Source of the DNA: Epiperipatus broadwayi
Taxonomy: Eukaryota; Animalia; Onychophora
Direction: 5' to 3'
Assembly (NCBI GenBank): GCA_028023455.1
Contig: JAQFVV010000007.1
Span: 7,440,001-7,504,000 of the forward strand
Length of the DNA: 64,000 nt
How positions within the stretch are numbered: position 1 is the stretch's first letter; every line of letters begins with the position of its first letter. This document shows, in pieces, positions 63,801 through 64,000 of the stretch. The position numbers were made by a program, and so were the translations under genes. A model generated the notes under the pieces. It made no database searches and was not told the origin of the DNA. It saw only the letters and a program-made list of their open reading frames with translations.

Positions 63801-64000
63801 CATAAACTTCCAAGTTATTTATTAGTAAAAGATAATGGATATCTTTATCAGTTGAATATATATCTTCCCCATAGAGTTAATTATCTAATATACATTGCAA
63901 TATCTTTTAGGATAGTAGTAGAAAATATTTCCAATTTTTTTAGTAATATTTTCCCTCAATTTTGTTTCACTTTTATTATTATTATTATTATTTTTCTTGT

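Overview
Very AT-rich metazoan genomic DNA (probably an invertebrate; intronic or intergenic) with no intact protein-coding gene I can support. The window is a layered set of old and young mobile elements: RTE and other LINE fragments, two decayed mariner copies, a SPIN/URR1-like hAT MITE with an 8-bp TSD, a short tRNA-derived SINE, and a 4.8-kb head-to-head pair of TIR elements with 30-bp subrepeats. The most notable signal is a non-coding repeat family ('family A', monomer about 472 bp, at least 11 ribozyme copies at 7 loci) carrying a type I hammerhead ribozyme (HHR) with compensatory base changes. It occurs as head-to-tail multimers plus an inverted copy, flanked by 10-14 bp TSDs, with a 40-50 nt hairpin tail on one arm only. 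At 34213-34684 the inverted arm is exactly one circularly permuted monomer, which points to a circular or multimeric RNA template (retrozyme / Penelope-like non-autonomous element). A second, unrelated family ('family C') carries a minimal HHR with a palindromic ACUAGU stem III. HHR retrozymes and Penelope-associated HHRs are known classes; whether these particular families are described needs a database search I could not run. All alignments and folds were done by eye.
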